Below are positions 40,870 to 49,993 of a DNA stretch of 64,000 nucleotides, piece after piece. The stretch is from assembly GCA_002502095.1 (NCBI GenBank), contig DAPJ01000021.1, forward strand, positions 29,069 to 93,068. The letters are read 5' to 3'. Origin of the DNA: Euryarchaeota archaeon UBA62. GTDB taxonomy: Archaea; Thermoplasmatota; Poseidoniia; Poseidoniales; Thalassarchaeaceae. Under the pieces are notes generated by a model, which ran no database searches, was not told the DNA's origin, and saw only the letters and a list, made by a program, of their open reading frames with translations. Position numbers and translations under genes: made by a program. How positions within the stretch are numbered: position 1 is the stretch's first letter; every line of letters begins with the position of its first letter.

Positions 40870-42534
40870 TTGGACGTTCAGGGAAGGGATCTTTCAGAAA
40901 CAGTCTGGACCAGACTGGATAGGAAGGCAGGCGCTGTGATTGAGTTAACTATCAGGCAACTCAGACATAAAATATCTACTTGGGTAGTTTTAGCATTGGG
41001 AACGATCCTGATGGTCCTACTTCTTGCATTCTATGTCGACTCAATAAGAGAAGGATTCGAATCAATAGATAACGATGGAGACAGTGTGGATCAGGATAGA
41101 GATGGATACCCCCTCGGGCAAGAGAGAAAATATGGGACTAGTGACTGGAACGGAGAAGAGTACCCAGGGTCGGGAACATACGTCTACGAGGGAGAAATAG
41201 ACTGGAATGATGAGAATCGAGAAATTTCAGGAAACAAGACATGGGAGGGAGTCACTCTCCTTGATGCTACTTGGATAGATACCGATTACAAGGGAGGGCA
41301 ATGGGACTATGTTATCGACTGGGACGATGTCACGGATTGTCCAGATACACGAGGAGAGTTATTTGTAGATTGGATCCCCGATTTCGCGACAGCATGTCAA
41401 CTAGAAGACGGTACATATGCCACTAATGGGAAGTTCAATGCAGAAGGAAACATCACAGTTCCAAGGGACTACTTTCTATCCTACGGCTATGTCACTGGAA
41501 TATTTGTCGTCCCGAAAGATCCCAAGGAGATGTACATAGATGAGGATGATATCGATTGGGATGGTTCTGCAGGAAGCCAGGGAGTCGACGATGACGGAGA
41601 CTGCCTTAGAACGGATTGGTTCACTCAATTTGATGACTCAGGGAATCAGATGTGGTGGGAAGAGCCACATAGGCCAGACGCAAATGGAAATGGCATCCAA
41701 TGTGACGTTATTTGGGTGATCGACTCACGAACCGGAGAGGTCATTTCTATCAGTGCCGACTCTTCCGTGGATGAAGATCCAGTAGACGAAAATTATGCGG
41801 GTGAAGCCAGCCATAGGACCTTTGTAATAGCGACAGGAAAGATAGCATTCGTCCTTCTCCTAGGCCTATTCCTGCCTCTCTTCCTTTCTTTGGGATTAGT
41901 TCGAGACGAGACTGAGAGGGGAACATTACACTACCTACTTTCCAAGCCAATTCACAGGGGGGAGTTCATACTTTATCGTGTTCTAGGATATCTAGCGGTT
42001 GTCTCAGTTTTTGTTCTAGCTTTATCTTTGGTAATGGGATTAATCACATCGATAATAGGGCCAGGAGAAAGCCTGCTCAGAGTGGGAGACCTGCCCGTTT
42101 GGCTTGGAATCGCTATTGCTACAATACTTGTTTTGGCAGCATATGGTTCTCTGTTCAACACTATAGGGCTACTCTTGCCGAAGTACGGAGTATACCTGTG
42201 TATTGTGATTGGAGTATGGGAATTTGCTATGGGATTCACTACTCTTATTTCTCCCAGTTCTTCGATTGCCACACTTTCTGTATCTCACTGGGGCCTACAG
42301 CTAATCGACTCAATTGTCATGGTTTCTTGGCCCGATACTCTTCAATTTTCTCAGATGTCATCAGCCTTCGGGCTAGCGACTGGATTAGAATGGATTTGGT
42401 CACCTCCGGTTCATACTCTAAATTCTAGTAATGCATATTTAGGTATCCTCACTTCGGTAACCATGCTCATAGGAATCTCTGTTTCCATGATAGGCATTGG
42501 TAGTGCAGTCTTCAGCAAGAGAGAAATAATGTGA
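40870..42534 (+). CDS. ABC-2-type permease-like protein with large extracytoplasmic Asp-rich (calcium-binding-like) domain (cluster permease 2)
   Basis: TM1, then about 300 aa of soluble domain with DxDxDG-type motifs (DNDGDSVDQDRDGYP, GVDDDGDC, DANGNGIQCD), then about 5 TM helices. TTG start abuts the upstream stop. Confidence 0.55.
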   Translation: MDVQGRDLSETVWTRLDRKAGAVIELTIRQLRHKISTWVVLALGTILMVLLLAFYVDSIREGFESIDNDGDSVDQDRDGYPLGQERKYGTSDWNGEEYPGSGTYVYEGEIDWNDENREISGNKTWEGVTLLDATWIDTDYKGGQWDYVIDWDDVTDCPDTRGELFVDWIPDFATACQLEDGTYATNGKFNAEGNITVPRDYFLSYGYVTGIFVVPKDPKEMYIDEDDIDWDGSAGSQGVDDDGDCLRTDWFTQFDDSGNQMWWEEPHRPDANGNGIQCDVIWVIDSRTGEVISISADSSVDEDPVDENYAGEASHRTFVIATGKIAFVLLLGLFLPLFLSLGLVRDETERGTLHYLLSKPIHRGEFILYRVLGYLAVVSVFVLALSLVMGLITSIIGPGESLLRVGDLPVWLGIAIATILVLAAYGSLFNTIGLLLPKYGVYLCIVIGVWEFAMGFTTLISPSSSIATLSVSHWGLQLIDSIVMVSWPDTLQFSQMSSAFGLATGLEWIWSPPVHTLNSSNAYLGILTSVTMLIGISVSMIGIGSAVFSKREIM

Positions 42535-42538
42535 TAAC

Positions 42539-43735
42539 ATGCTTCAAGAGAATACTCATTTCAAGGGCGACTTCTCATCCCTGTGGAGGCTTGACGTCAT
42601 GCCTCCTATTCGTCGCTTATCATGGTGGTGGTGGTGGGCACTAATACTCATCCCAGACCCCGATAGGCCGGGTAGATCAAAGCAATTGATGATATTATGG
42701 TCAACAAAAGAAACGCCCGCAATAAGAGTGAGTGGGCACTGGTGGAAGCCCGGAGGTAGGATGTTTGTGGATGACCACGGAGGTCATGTTATTCCCGGAA
42801 TGGTCTGTGCTTGGTGGTTTGATGGAGAGAAAATGTTTGAGCCTCTGGTTATGAGGGAATGCAGGATGGCCAGTATTTCAGATACACATCCTCTGTGGCC
42901 AGGGGAGGGCAAAGGAGAAGGAGCAGGAGCGGTAATACCACTGATTCCTCAAGATATGTCAATAGGAATGGCACCCGGAAACAAGTCCTTCTGGATAAAT
43001 CTCTCAAGTGATGAAGAGGCAGTAGCCAGAGGCGCACCCAGTAAGTTCGAAGCCGAACTAACTCCTTGGTGGGGGCCTCCTAGTGAATTAACATACAAGA
43101 ATAATGAGTACTTCTTGGGCATGGGATATGATATCCTCAGGTTACAGGCTACAAAGTGCAGGCTAGTTGTTGATGGTGAGGTTTTGGAGGGAACGGGCTA
43201 TTTCCAGAAGGTTTCCGTTCAAGCGCCTTCATTTCCATGGTTTTGGGGGATGTTACACTTCAATGATGGATCATATCTTGATTGGTTTATGCCACACGTC
43301 ACACCGATGTGGTCAGCGAGAGATGACAAGCCTTGGAGGTTGAGGGATTTCTTCCGTTCTCCAAATATAGGCACAGGCGTTTTCCAGGATAGAAAGACCG
43401 GAAAGACTCAGAATTTCGATAACTGCACTGTTGAGCTTTGCAAGCAAAGCTCTGAAGATGCATTACTGGATGATAATGGAAATATTCTCCCGGAATTCAG
43501 AGTCAAGGTTTGGAATGACGACTCAAGCGCTACTATCAGAGTTAGGGCAGTAAGTAGAGCAAGATGGATTTTCGACCAACCAACTAGGGCTTCATGGGTC
43601 AGTCACCTAACCTACAATGAATATCCACTGGAGGTACTCTCAATCACATTTGAGGATTCCGAGGGAATTAGGACAGAGCAGGACTATGAATGGATTCATG
43701 GAAATGCAGAACATGCATGGGGAGTTCTACATTAG
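42539..43735 (+). CDS. Hypothetical protein, possibly tocopherol-cyclase / CrtC (AttH)-like fold
   Basis: GTGYFQKVSVQAPSFPWFWGMLHFNDGSYLDWF resembles the G.GY.EK.WG..FP..WFW motif of tocopherol cyclases and carotenoid hydratases as I recall it. N-terminal LSWWWWWALILIP. Assignment is weak. Confidence 0.3.
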   Translation: MLQENTHFKGDFSSLWRLDVMPPIRRLSWWWWWALILIPDPDRPGRSKQLMILWSTKETPAIRVSGHWWKPGGRMFVDDHGGHVIPGMVCAWWFDGEKMFEPLVMRECRMASISDTHPLWPGEGKGEGAGAVIPLIPQDMSIGMAPGNKSFWINLSSDEEAVARGAPSKFEAELTPWWGPPSELTYKNNEYFLGMGYDILRLQATKCRLVVDGEVLEGTGYFQKVSVQAPSFPWFWGMLHFNDGSYLDWFMPHVTPMWSARDDKPWRLRDFFRSPNIGTGVFQDRKTGKTQNFDNCTVELCKQSSEDALLDDNGNILPEFRVKVWNDDSSATIRVRAVSRARWIFDQPTRASWVSHLTYNEYPLEVLSITFEDSEGIRTEQDYEWIHGNAEHAWGVLH

Positions 43736-43743
43736 GTGTCGTT

Positions 43744-44652
43744 ATGAGTGAAATAATTTCCAGCTTCAGATCAAAATTGGACCTTGATTCAGTAAGAGAA
43801 AGGTTCCCAGAGATTTCCGACTCAGAGACTCCAATATGGCATGGAAGCCCAGCTTTAATGTCCATGTCTGGCAAATATGCTCTAGCTGGATTAGTATTAG
43901 TAATCCACCTGGTATTCTACTGGGCCGCTAAATATGATACTGTTATCGAGGGGGAGGCTAATCTGAATCTGGTAGTTGGACTGGCCAAAGCAATCATAGA
44001 TATTTCGGGTGTTTTGGGATTCGCAATAATGATGCTACTGGTCGCAAAAATAAATCATTATCTCAATACATCCACATCAGGGGGGTGGACGACATCTTGG
44101 TTGCTCATTAACGGATTAATTCCCTTATCTTGGTACGCTATAACACTCATAAACTCAATTTTAATATTTATTGGATATCATGGATTTGATAATTTTATTG
44201 GAGAGCACATACCAGTATGGAAAGATTGGTATTATCTCTTTCTAGGGGTATTTTCTTCCATCTCTGCCGTGGCCATGACTGCACATTACAGCAATGCATT
44301 CCAGTATGCTATTACAGATAAGAGGGTCCATATTAGGAAAAAGTTCCTTTACTTCGATACTAGTGTGGTTGGCATCCCATTTGAGAAGGTCGAGAATCTA
44401 AAGGTTGAGCCTTCGATCATTGGGAGAATATTTGGTTTCGGAAATATACATGTGATTACTGACGGAATGCAATCAAATATCTCCGATGATAATGACTCGG
44501 TTAAACAATCAGGTTTGTTAAATCCATTGAGCTGGATTTTCATCCAGAGAAAAAACAATCCTTCTTCTCAAGATCCAAGTGAATGTCTTTACTGTATCAA
44601 GGAACCTATGTCTGTTTACGCATTAATCAATGAGTTGATAGACAATTCATAG
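43744..44652 (+). CDS. Polytopic membrane protein with C-terminal bPH_2 (DUF304) domain
   Basis: Several TM helices, then ITDKRVHIRKKFLYFDTSVVGIPFEKVENLKVEPSIIGRIFGFGNIHVITDG. Start trimmed to MSEIISS. Confidence 0.55.
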   Translation: MSEIISSFRSKLDLDSVRERFPEISDSETPIWHGSPALMSMSGKYALAGLVLVIHLVFYWAAKYDTVIEGEANLNLVVGLAKAIIDISGVLGFAIMMLLVAKINHYLNTSTSGGWTTSWLLINGLIPLSWYAITLINSILIFIGYHGFDNFIGEHIPVWKDWYYLFLGVFSSISAVAMTAHYSNAFQYAITDKRVHIRKKFLYFDTSVVGIPFEKVENLKVEPSIIGRIFGFGNIHVITDGMQSNISDDNDSVKQSGLLNPLSWIFIQRKNNPSSQDPSECLYCIKEPMSVYALINELIDNS

Positions 44653-44708
44653 TGGTCTTCCGCACCGTTCTTAACTGCAAGGCCGCCGATTAGGCCCGAG
44701 GGAGACCG

Positions 44709-45251
44709 ATGGAAGACACAGTAACTCAAGCAGCCCAACTAATCACAAAAGGAGATTTCATGGGGGCGATGGAAATTTTCGAGGCTTTTTCGAACGCCAA
44801 TCCTGACGATCCAGCAGGTTTCCATGGCTGGGCAGAAGCGGCTCTTTTTGAGATTCAGGCCAATGGAAATCTAGATGACAAAGGAAATGATAGGATTAAC
44901 GAGGGCCAGATAGCTGCCTATTTCAGAAAAGCGTCGTCCATGGATCCGAAGAACCCTGACTACCTCGCCTCCTATGCAAATGCTCTACTCGAGTTCGACA
45001 GAATGCCAATGGCAGTTCGCGAATTCAGGAAGCTGAAGTCACTAGGAGACGAGTTAGACGACGTAGATGTCTCATTCCACTTGTATGAAGCCGCCAAGGC
45101 GTTGATTGAATTGGTAGATATGAAGACAAATTATGACAGGAGTAATCCCAACGCTCGGCAATTTATCCCAATAGCTTTGGAGTTCGCGATGTTAGGTCTT
45201 GGCTTTTCGTCAGTAGACGAGGCGATGGAGTACCTAGTTCCAGAGGAATAG
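44709..45251 (+). CDS. Hypothetical helical-repeat (TPR-like) protein
   Basis: All-helical composition with TPR-like A/Y/L spacing (DYLASYANALLEFDRMPMAVREF). No specific family. Confidence 0.35.
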   Translation: MEDTVTQAAQLITKGDFMGAMEIFEAFSNANPDDPAGFHGWAEAALFEIQANGNLDDKGNDRINEGQIAAYFRKASSMDPKNPDYLASYANALLEFDRMPMAVREFRKLKSLGDELDDVDVSFHLYEAAKALIELVDMKTNYDRSNPNARQFIPIALEFAMLGLGFSSVDEAMEYLVPEE

Positions 45252-45264
45252 GGGGGAAGATCAA

Positions 45265-46146
45265 CTGACTAGCGACTGTTTTCTAGTCGCCATCGGGTAC
45301 CATGGAAGCCTATTTCACGGCTCACAGATTCAACCTGATGTAAGAACTGTCCAAGGTACTCTGAAGGAGTCACTGAAAGAGATAGGATGGTGGAGAGAGG
45401 GCTGTTTACGACTCTCCAGCAGGACTGACGCAGGAGTCAGCGTGAGGATGAACTTGGCTAGTATAGATCTCCCTGAGTCAGTAATCTCATCTATAGATGG
45501 TTCAAGAGTAATCAGGGCCCTTAACGATCGCCTTCCCGATGATTTGGTGGCATGGGCCGCAAAAAAAGTCGCTTCCACTACTCCGACACGTCCAGTAATT
45601 TCAAGGAAGTACTATTATAGATGCGAAGTTATCAAATCATGGCCCGAAAATGTTGATGTCGATATCCTAACCAAAGCATGTCAAATTTTTGTAGGGACTC
45701 ATGACTTCACTAATCTCTGTAGGCTTGAAGAAGGAAAAAATCCAACTAGGACTGTAATTAGTTGTGATCCCTGGCTAGATAGTGACAACAGGCCGATAGG
45801 AATTTGTGTGGTTGCCAAATCTTTCCTGTGGAACCAAGTCAGGAGAATGGCCTCCGCCATCACAGGAGTCGTATCAGGGGAATATGATCTGGACTTCCTA
45901 GCTAAATCTATTGAAAATCCAAATATTCCAATTGATATGGGGATGGGGAGCTCCAGAGGTTTGATTCTTTGGGAGATCAATCATTCGGCACTGGATGGAA
46001 TTGGAATGGGTTCTATCCCCGATACTAGAATATTCTCAAAGCCACCATCTTCACTAAGGGGGCATAAGAATTGGATGGGTTTGTGTAATTTGGAAATGTC
46101 GACATTGGTTAATTCAGAATGGATTAGAGAAATCGGTCTATCCTAA
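45265..46146 (+). CDS. truA: tRNA pseudouridine synthase A (non-canonical start inferred)
   Basis: The conserved N-terminal block FLVAIGYHGSLFHGSQIQPD..TVQG and the catalytic SSRTDAGVS lie in frame upstream of the ORF-track start at 45442. No ATG/GTG/TTG occurs between the in-frame stop (45235-45237) and this block. A CTG at 45265 follows a G-rich SD-like run. Confidence 0.75.
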   Translation: MTSDCFLVAIGYHGSLFHGSQIQPDVRTVQGTLKESLKEIGWWREGCLRLSSRTDAGVSVRMNLASIDLPESVISSIDGSRVIRALNDRLPDDLVAWAAKKVASTTPTRPVISRKYYYRCEVIKSWPENVDVDILTKACQIFVGTHDFTNLCRLEEGKNPTRTVISCDPWLDSDNRPIGICVVAKSFLWNQVRRMASAITGVVSGEYDLDFLAKSIENPNIPIDMGMGSSRGLILWEINHSALDGIGMGSIPDTRIFSKPPSSLRGHKNWMGLCNLEMSTLVNSEWIREIGLS

Positions 46147-46567
46147 TCCAAACTTCTTCACCATCATTACAGGGCAGGCTCTCTCTAAGGAATGAGTTAG
46201 AGATAATTTCAGCAGTTTTGGTATGCCTAGTTAAGTCAGGGATAAGTAAGGCACATTTTGTCCATATTTCAGAATCTACAGAGATACTAGCATGAAAAGC
46301 TGTAGCCCCTCCAAATGATCTTCCATCTCTCTCGAAACCTTGAATCCTAATTGGCTCAAGTCCGACAACATCGCTCCCTTCATCCAGTCCAGAAGCAACT
46401 CTCAATTTCCTGTATGGGTCCAAGCTCTCACTTTCCAGATCTACGTTCAGTGTGCCAGGCCAAGCACTGGATCCTAGTACTTCTTTGAATTGCTCTTGGT
46501 AATGTGGTTGGGCCATGAAAACATGGGCCCTGCCCAGACCACTAGACACCGCACCGTGTAGTAGCAC
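46124..46567 (-). CDS. ribK: CTP-dependent riboflavin kinase (archaeal RibK)
   Basis: GAVSSGLGRA..F....Y.EQFKEVLG...WPGTLNVDL matches the MJ0056-type N-terminus as I recall it. About 147 aa. Confidence 0.75.
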   Translation of the reverse strand: MLLHGAVSSGLGRAHVFMAQPHYQEQFKEVLGSSAWPGTLNVDLESESLDPYRKLRVASGLDEGSDVVGLEPIRIQGFERDGRSFGGATAFHASISVDSEIWTKCALLIPDLTRHTKTAEIISNSFLRESLPCNDGEEVWIRIDRFL

Positions 46568-46609
46568 ATCGCTTCCTAATACATCTCCCTCATAAGGTTC
46601 CGCTTCAGT

Positions 46610-47494
46610 TCACAGATGGTACACTGCGCCTTGCTCAGAAATGCTCCATCCCGTCTCCGATAAATATCTACTTTCATTACTCCCCTCTCTCAATAGAGGG
46701 TTTGTATGGTTGAAATGAATGAAAGAAATTTCAGGATCTCCTTGTTTTCTATTTCCTAGCAATCCCAAGGTCTCCGTTACAGTGGGATGAGGAATCTCAC
46801 TAACATCTCTGCTTGATATCTCATCATAATTCCAGAATGTCCCATCTATCAATGCTATATCTACCTCCAACCGCTCAAGCCAGTCCAGAATTTCCAACTC
46901 TCCCCCCAGGGTTTCTCCCCATGAATCCTGATCTGGCATGAAAAGTAGGCCTTTTTTATCTCCTCTGATTATCAAAGCATGGTTATCCGACAGTTCAGAT
47001 CTATGGGGGACTGGAATTGCTGTTAACGTAAATCCACAACCTGGGGTCGGCTCAAAGGGCTCCATAGGGGCCCAATAATTGGGAATAATCACTCCTTGAT
47101 CGATCATTATTGACCATGAAGGTGTTGAATCTAGAAGATCTCCCATCGAAGAGCTACAGTGAAGAATTATTCCCGAAGAACCCATCACTTCACGTCCAAA
47201 TAATCCCAGGCCATCCGTGTGCCCAAGATGGGCATGCGTCAATGAAACACTAGAGGGTGGCCATTCTGGAGTTCCAACGGAATTCCATAACTCAAATTGT
47301 CCTGCCATCATCCTACTCGCCTCGATTATGTGACATGTCCCATCTGGCCCTCGTATCCCCAATGAAACTGGCATCTTAGAGAGCTCGGGGGAGCGCCTAG
47401 CATCTTCGCAACAATCCTTCAAACACCCTACTTGGGGAAACCCTCCATCCTGCGCGATTCCAAGCAAAGTCACCTCAACTGAACCCCTCTCCAT
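46610..47494 (-). CDS. Metallo-beta-lactamase fold protein (PqqB-like)
   Basis: LTHAHLGHTDGL (an HxHxxH-type variant) plus downstream His/Asp positions. Family-level call only. Confidence 0.5.
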   Translation of the reverse strand: MERGSVEVTLLGIAQDGGFPQVGCLKDCCEDARRSPELSKMPVSLGIRGPDGTCHIIEASRMMAGQFELWNSVGTPEWPPSSVSLTHAHLGHTDGLGLFGREVMGSSGIILHCSSSMGDLLDSTPSWSIMIDQGVIIPNYWAPMEPFEPTPGCGFTLTAIPVPHRSELSDNHALIIRGDKKGLLFMPDQDSWGETLGGELEILDWLERLEVDIALIDGTFWNYDEISSRDVSEIPHPTVTETLGLLGNRKQGDPEISFIHFNHTNPLLREGSNESRYLSETGWSISEQGAVYHL

Positions 47495-47568
47495 ATAGCC
47501 GGATAGGCCTATGGGAAATGAACACCTCGCTCCGATGGAGCAATGTACCTCCTGCTTAATGGAGTGGC

Positions 47569-48747
47569 ATGGCGGCCGACATGTCTTGGATGTCAGAAAG
47601 ACTAAATCAACTGAAACAACAGGATTTGGATTGGAATCCCCCTGTGTTAGAATCTGCGAGTACTTCTCATTGTAGGGTAGAGGGAAAAGATATGATCATG
47701 CTTTCGGCAAATAACTATCTCAACCTGACAACTCACCCAAGAGTAGTTGAGGCGGCTATTGAGGCTACTAGGAAATATGGTGCTGGATCAGGTTCTGTCA
47801 GGGCAATAGCTGGAACTCTCGATATCCATATAGAAGCCGAGAAAAAGGCTGCAGAATTCAAGGAAGTGGAATCATCTCTGATTTACTCAGCTGGATATAC
47901 AGCAAACGTTGGCCTGATACCGTCTCTTGTCAGAGGCAAAGAAGATATTATCATCTCTGATGAACTTAATCATGGCTCTATAATAGATGGAGTGAGGCTG
48001 ACCAAGGCAAGCAGAGCAGTATATCCTCACAATGATGTCGAGGCCCTGGAAAGAACCCTCAAAGAGAATAAGAATGCAGAGAGGAAGCTGATCATAACCG
48101 ATGGTGTTTTCAGTATGGATGGGGACATAGCTCCACTAGATGACATTACAGATGTAGCTGAGGAATATGGTGCTATGGTAATGGTCGATGATTGCCATGG
48201 CGAGGGAGTACTCGGGGACGGTAAAGGAATAGTCGCGCATTTCGGCCTCCAAGGACGTGTTGACTTTGAAATTGGATCGTATTCTAAGGCCATGGGAGTT
48301 CAAGGAGGGATATTGGCGGGTTCCGATCTAGTGAGAAGTTACGCGCTTAACCATAGTAGATCGTGGCTTCTCTCTGGAAGTCAACCACCTGGAGTAGCAG
48401 CCGCCCAGAAGGCCGCCGTTGAAGTTTTGATGGAGGAGCCTCAGCATGTGAGGAAGTTATGGGAAAATACCAATTATTTCAGAATGCAACTACAATCTAT
48501 GGGATTTGACACTGGTCGTTCGGAGACTCCGATAATTCCAGTGATGTGTGGAGAAAGTAAAGTTGCCAAAGATCTCTCTAGTATGCTTGGCGAGAGTGGT
48601 ATACTTGTTGGGGCGATAGTATTCCCAATGGTCTCGAGGGATAAAGCGAGAGTCAGAACGCAAATGTCATCAGGACTTACCCGTGAAGATTTGGACACAG
48701 TTCTATCAGAGTTCGAAAGATGTGGTAAGAAATTAAGATTGATTTAG
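47569..48747 (+). CDS. kbl: 2-amino-3-ketobutyrate CoA ligase / 8-amino-7-oxononanoate synthase family PLP enzyme
   Basis: Alpha-oxoamine synthase pattern: NNYL.L, SGY.AN, DDCHG, and the PLP-lysine context SYSKAMG. Confidence 0.8.
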   Translation: MAADMSWMSERLNQLKQQDLDWNPPVLESASTSHCRVEGKDMIMLSANNYLNLTTHPRVVEAAIEATRKYGAGSGSVRAIAGTLDIHIEAEKKAAEFKEVESSLIYSAGYTANVGLIPSLVRGKEDIIISDELNHGSIIDGVRLTKASRAVYPHNDVEALERTLKENKNAERKLIITDGVFSMDGDIAPLDDITDVAEEYGAMVMVDDCHGEGVLGDGKGIVAHFGLQGRVDFEIGSYSKAMGVQGGILAGSDLVRSYALNHSRSWLLSGSQPPGVAAAQKAAVEVLMEEPQHVRKLWENTNYFRMQLQSMGFDTGRSETPIIPVMCGESKVAKDLSSMLGESGILVGAIVFPMVSRDKARVRTQMSSGLTREDLDTVLSEFERCGKKLRLI

Positions 48748-48758
48748 GAGAGGTGTAA

Positions 48759-49214
48759 ATGTCAGTAGATCGCATTGAAAATGAAAGTAATATTTGGCCC
48801 GTTTCAACGGAGATAAAAGTAAACTGGGGAGATATGGACGCTCTAGGACATGTCAATCATTCAGTTTTTGCAAAATGGATGGAGACTGTTAGAATGATGT
48901 ATTTCTCTGAGATTGGAATGATGAATCTCTATGATGATTCCAATATCGGACCAATTCTTGCTAGGATAGAAATAGACTACGAATCACCAATAGTATTCCC
49001 AGACGTAGTTACAGTAAGTACTTCGGTTTCTAGAATTGGGAATTCATCATTCGATATGAGATATAGAATCGAGAGTCTAAGCAATAATGGAAAATCCGCG
49101 GCAACTGGAAGTGTAGTCTGTGTTCTATTGGATTATAGTTCTGGCATCCCTCATAAAATTCCTCCAAAACTAAGGGAATCTATCGCCAGATTAGAGGGAG
49201 ATTTCCAATATTAA
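48759..49214 (+). CDS. Acyl-CoA thioesterase, 4HBT (YbgC/FadM-like) hotdog fold
   Basis: VNWGDMDALGHVNHSVFAKWMETVRMMYF, typical of 4HBT thioesterases. Confidence 0.7.
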   Translation: MSVDRIENESNIWPVSTEIKVNWGDMDALGHVNHSVFAKWMETVRMMYFSEIGMMNLYDDSNIGPILARIEIDYESPIVFPDVVTVSTSVSRIGNSSFDMRYRIESLSNNGKSAATGSVVCVLLDYSSGIPHKIPPKLRESIARLEGDFQY

Positions 49215-49219
49215 GAATA

Positions 49220-49882
49220 TTAGACAATATCTATTACTTCTTCCAAATCAAAGTCAGATTCCGGACTCGCTGTCTTAGTATCGCCATATATGGTCATTTT
49301 CATCCCTTCGAATGGCTCGATTCCTCTGTCAATCCTGTCAATAATTCTCCATCTGGGAGCATACGATAGATGAATCCAAAGAGGCCCTGGAAGAATGTAG
49401 ATGAACCAACCTAATCTATCTAGAATAATCCCATACTGGTTATCTATGATTGAGGCTGATAGTACAGTTAGTCCAATGAATGGAAGAGCAAAGAGAATCC
49501 TCCTAATATAAACAAGTCTCGCAGGGGGTCTCTTTACAATCGTTGAAATTAGGATCGAGAAAGCGCCTAATATGGAAGTTATTGCGACAATTACAAGCAT
49601 CTGAAAGAGCCACTCTCTCCCAATTTGCGAATATCCTTCTCCAATAGAAAGACCGCCATAAGTCATTAGAGGAAGTAGCGCAACTGAAATCATAAGGCCG
49701 TAGAGTCCGCCTACAAAGATAGGATGGCACAGAGTCAGAGAATCTCTCAGGAAGAAATTGCTCACAGAACCCCCTCTTAGCATATGCCTATGCTCAGAAT
49801 CCATGGATTCAACCACATTTTGCCACCCCTCCACGGCCCTCCGCCAACAACTCCCAATTATCACCATTGGGGTGTTTACCAA
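49220..49882 (-). CDS. Hypothetical membrane protein
   Basis: About 5 TM helices, no family recognised. Confidence 0.4.
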   Translation of the reverse strand: MVNTPMVIIGSCWRRAVEGWQNVVESMDSEHRHMLRGGSVSNFFLRDSLTLCHPIFVGGLYGLMISVALLPLMTYGGLSIGEGYSQIGREWLFQMLVIVAITSILGAFSILISTIVKRPPARLVYIRRILFALPFIGLTVLSASIIDNQYGIILDRLGWFIYILPGPLWIHLSYAPRWRIIDRIDRGIEPFEGMKMTIYGDTKTASPESDFDLEEVIDIV

Positions 49883-49993
49883 CCAAAATAGCTCACTAGT
49901 AAATTATCTGACCTCCGAATTAGGATTCGGAGAAGCAAATATATACGGAGGGATTATGACTCATTCACTAATCCCAACAGCCTAGGTGTGTGC

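Noticed and set aside
42628-42642. (TGG)5 microsatellite as a phase-variation or slippage switch.
   Set aside because: A trinucleotide repeat changes length in frame, so it would not switch expression. It more likely just encodes a Trp-rich hydrophobic strand. It is noted within the gene finding only.
45330-45578. 82-aa minus-strand ORF between the TPR-like gene and truA.
   Set aside because: It overlaps the in-frame conserved TruA N-terminal coding sequence on the plus strand, so it is a shadow ORF.
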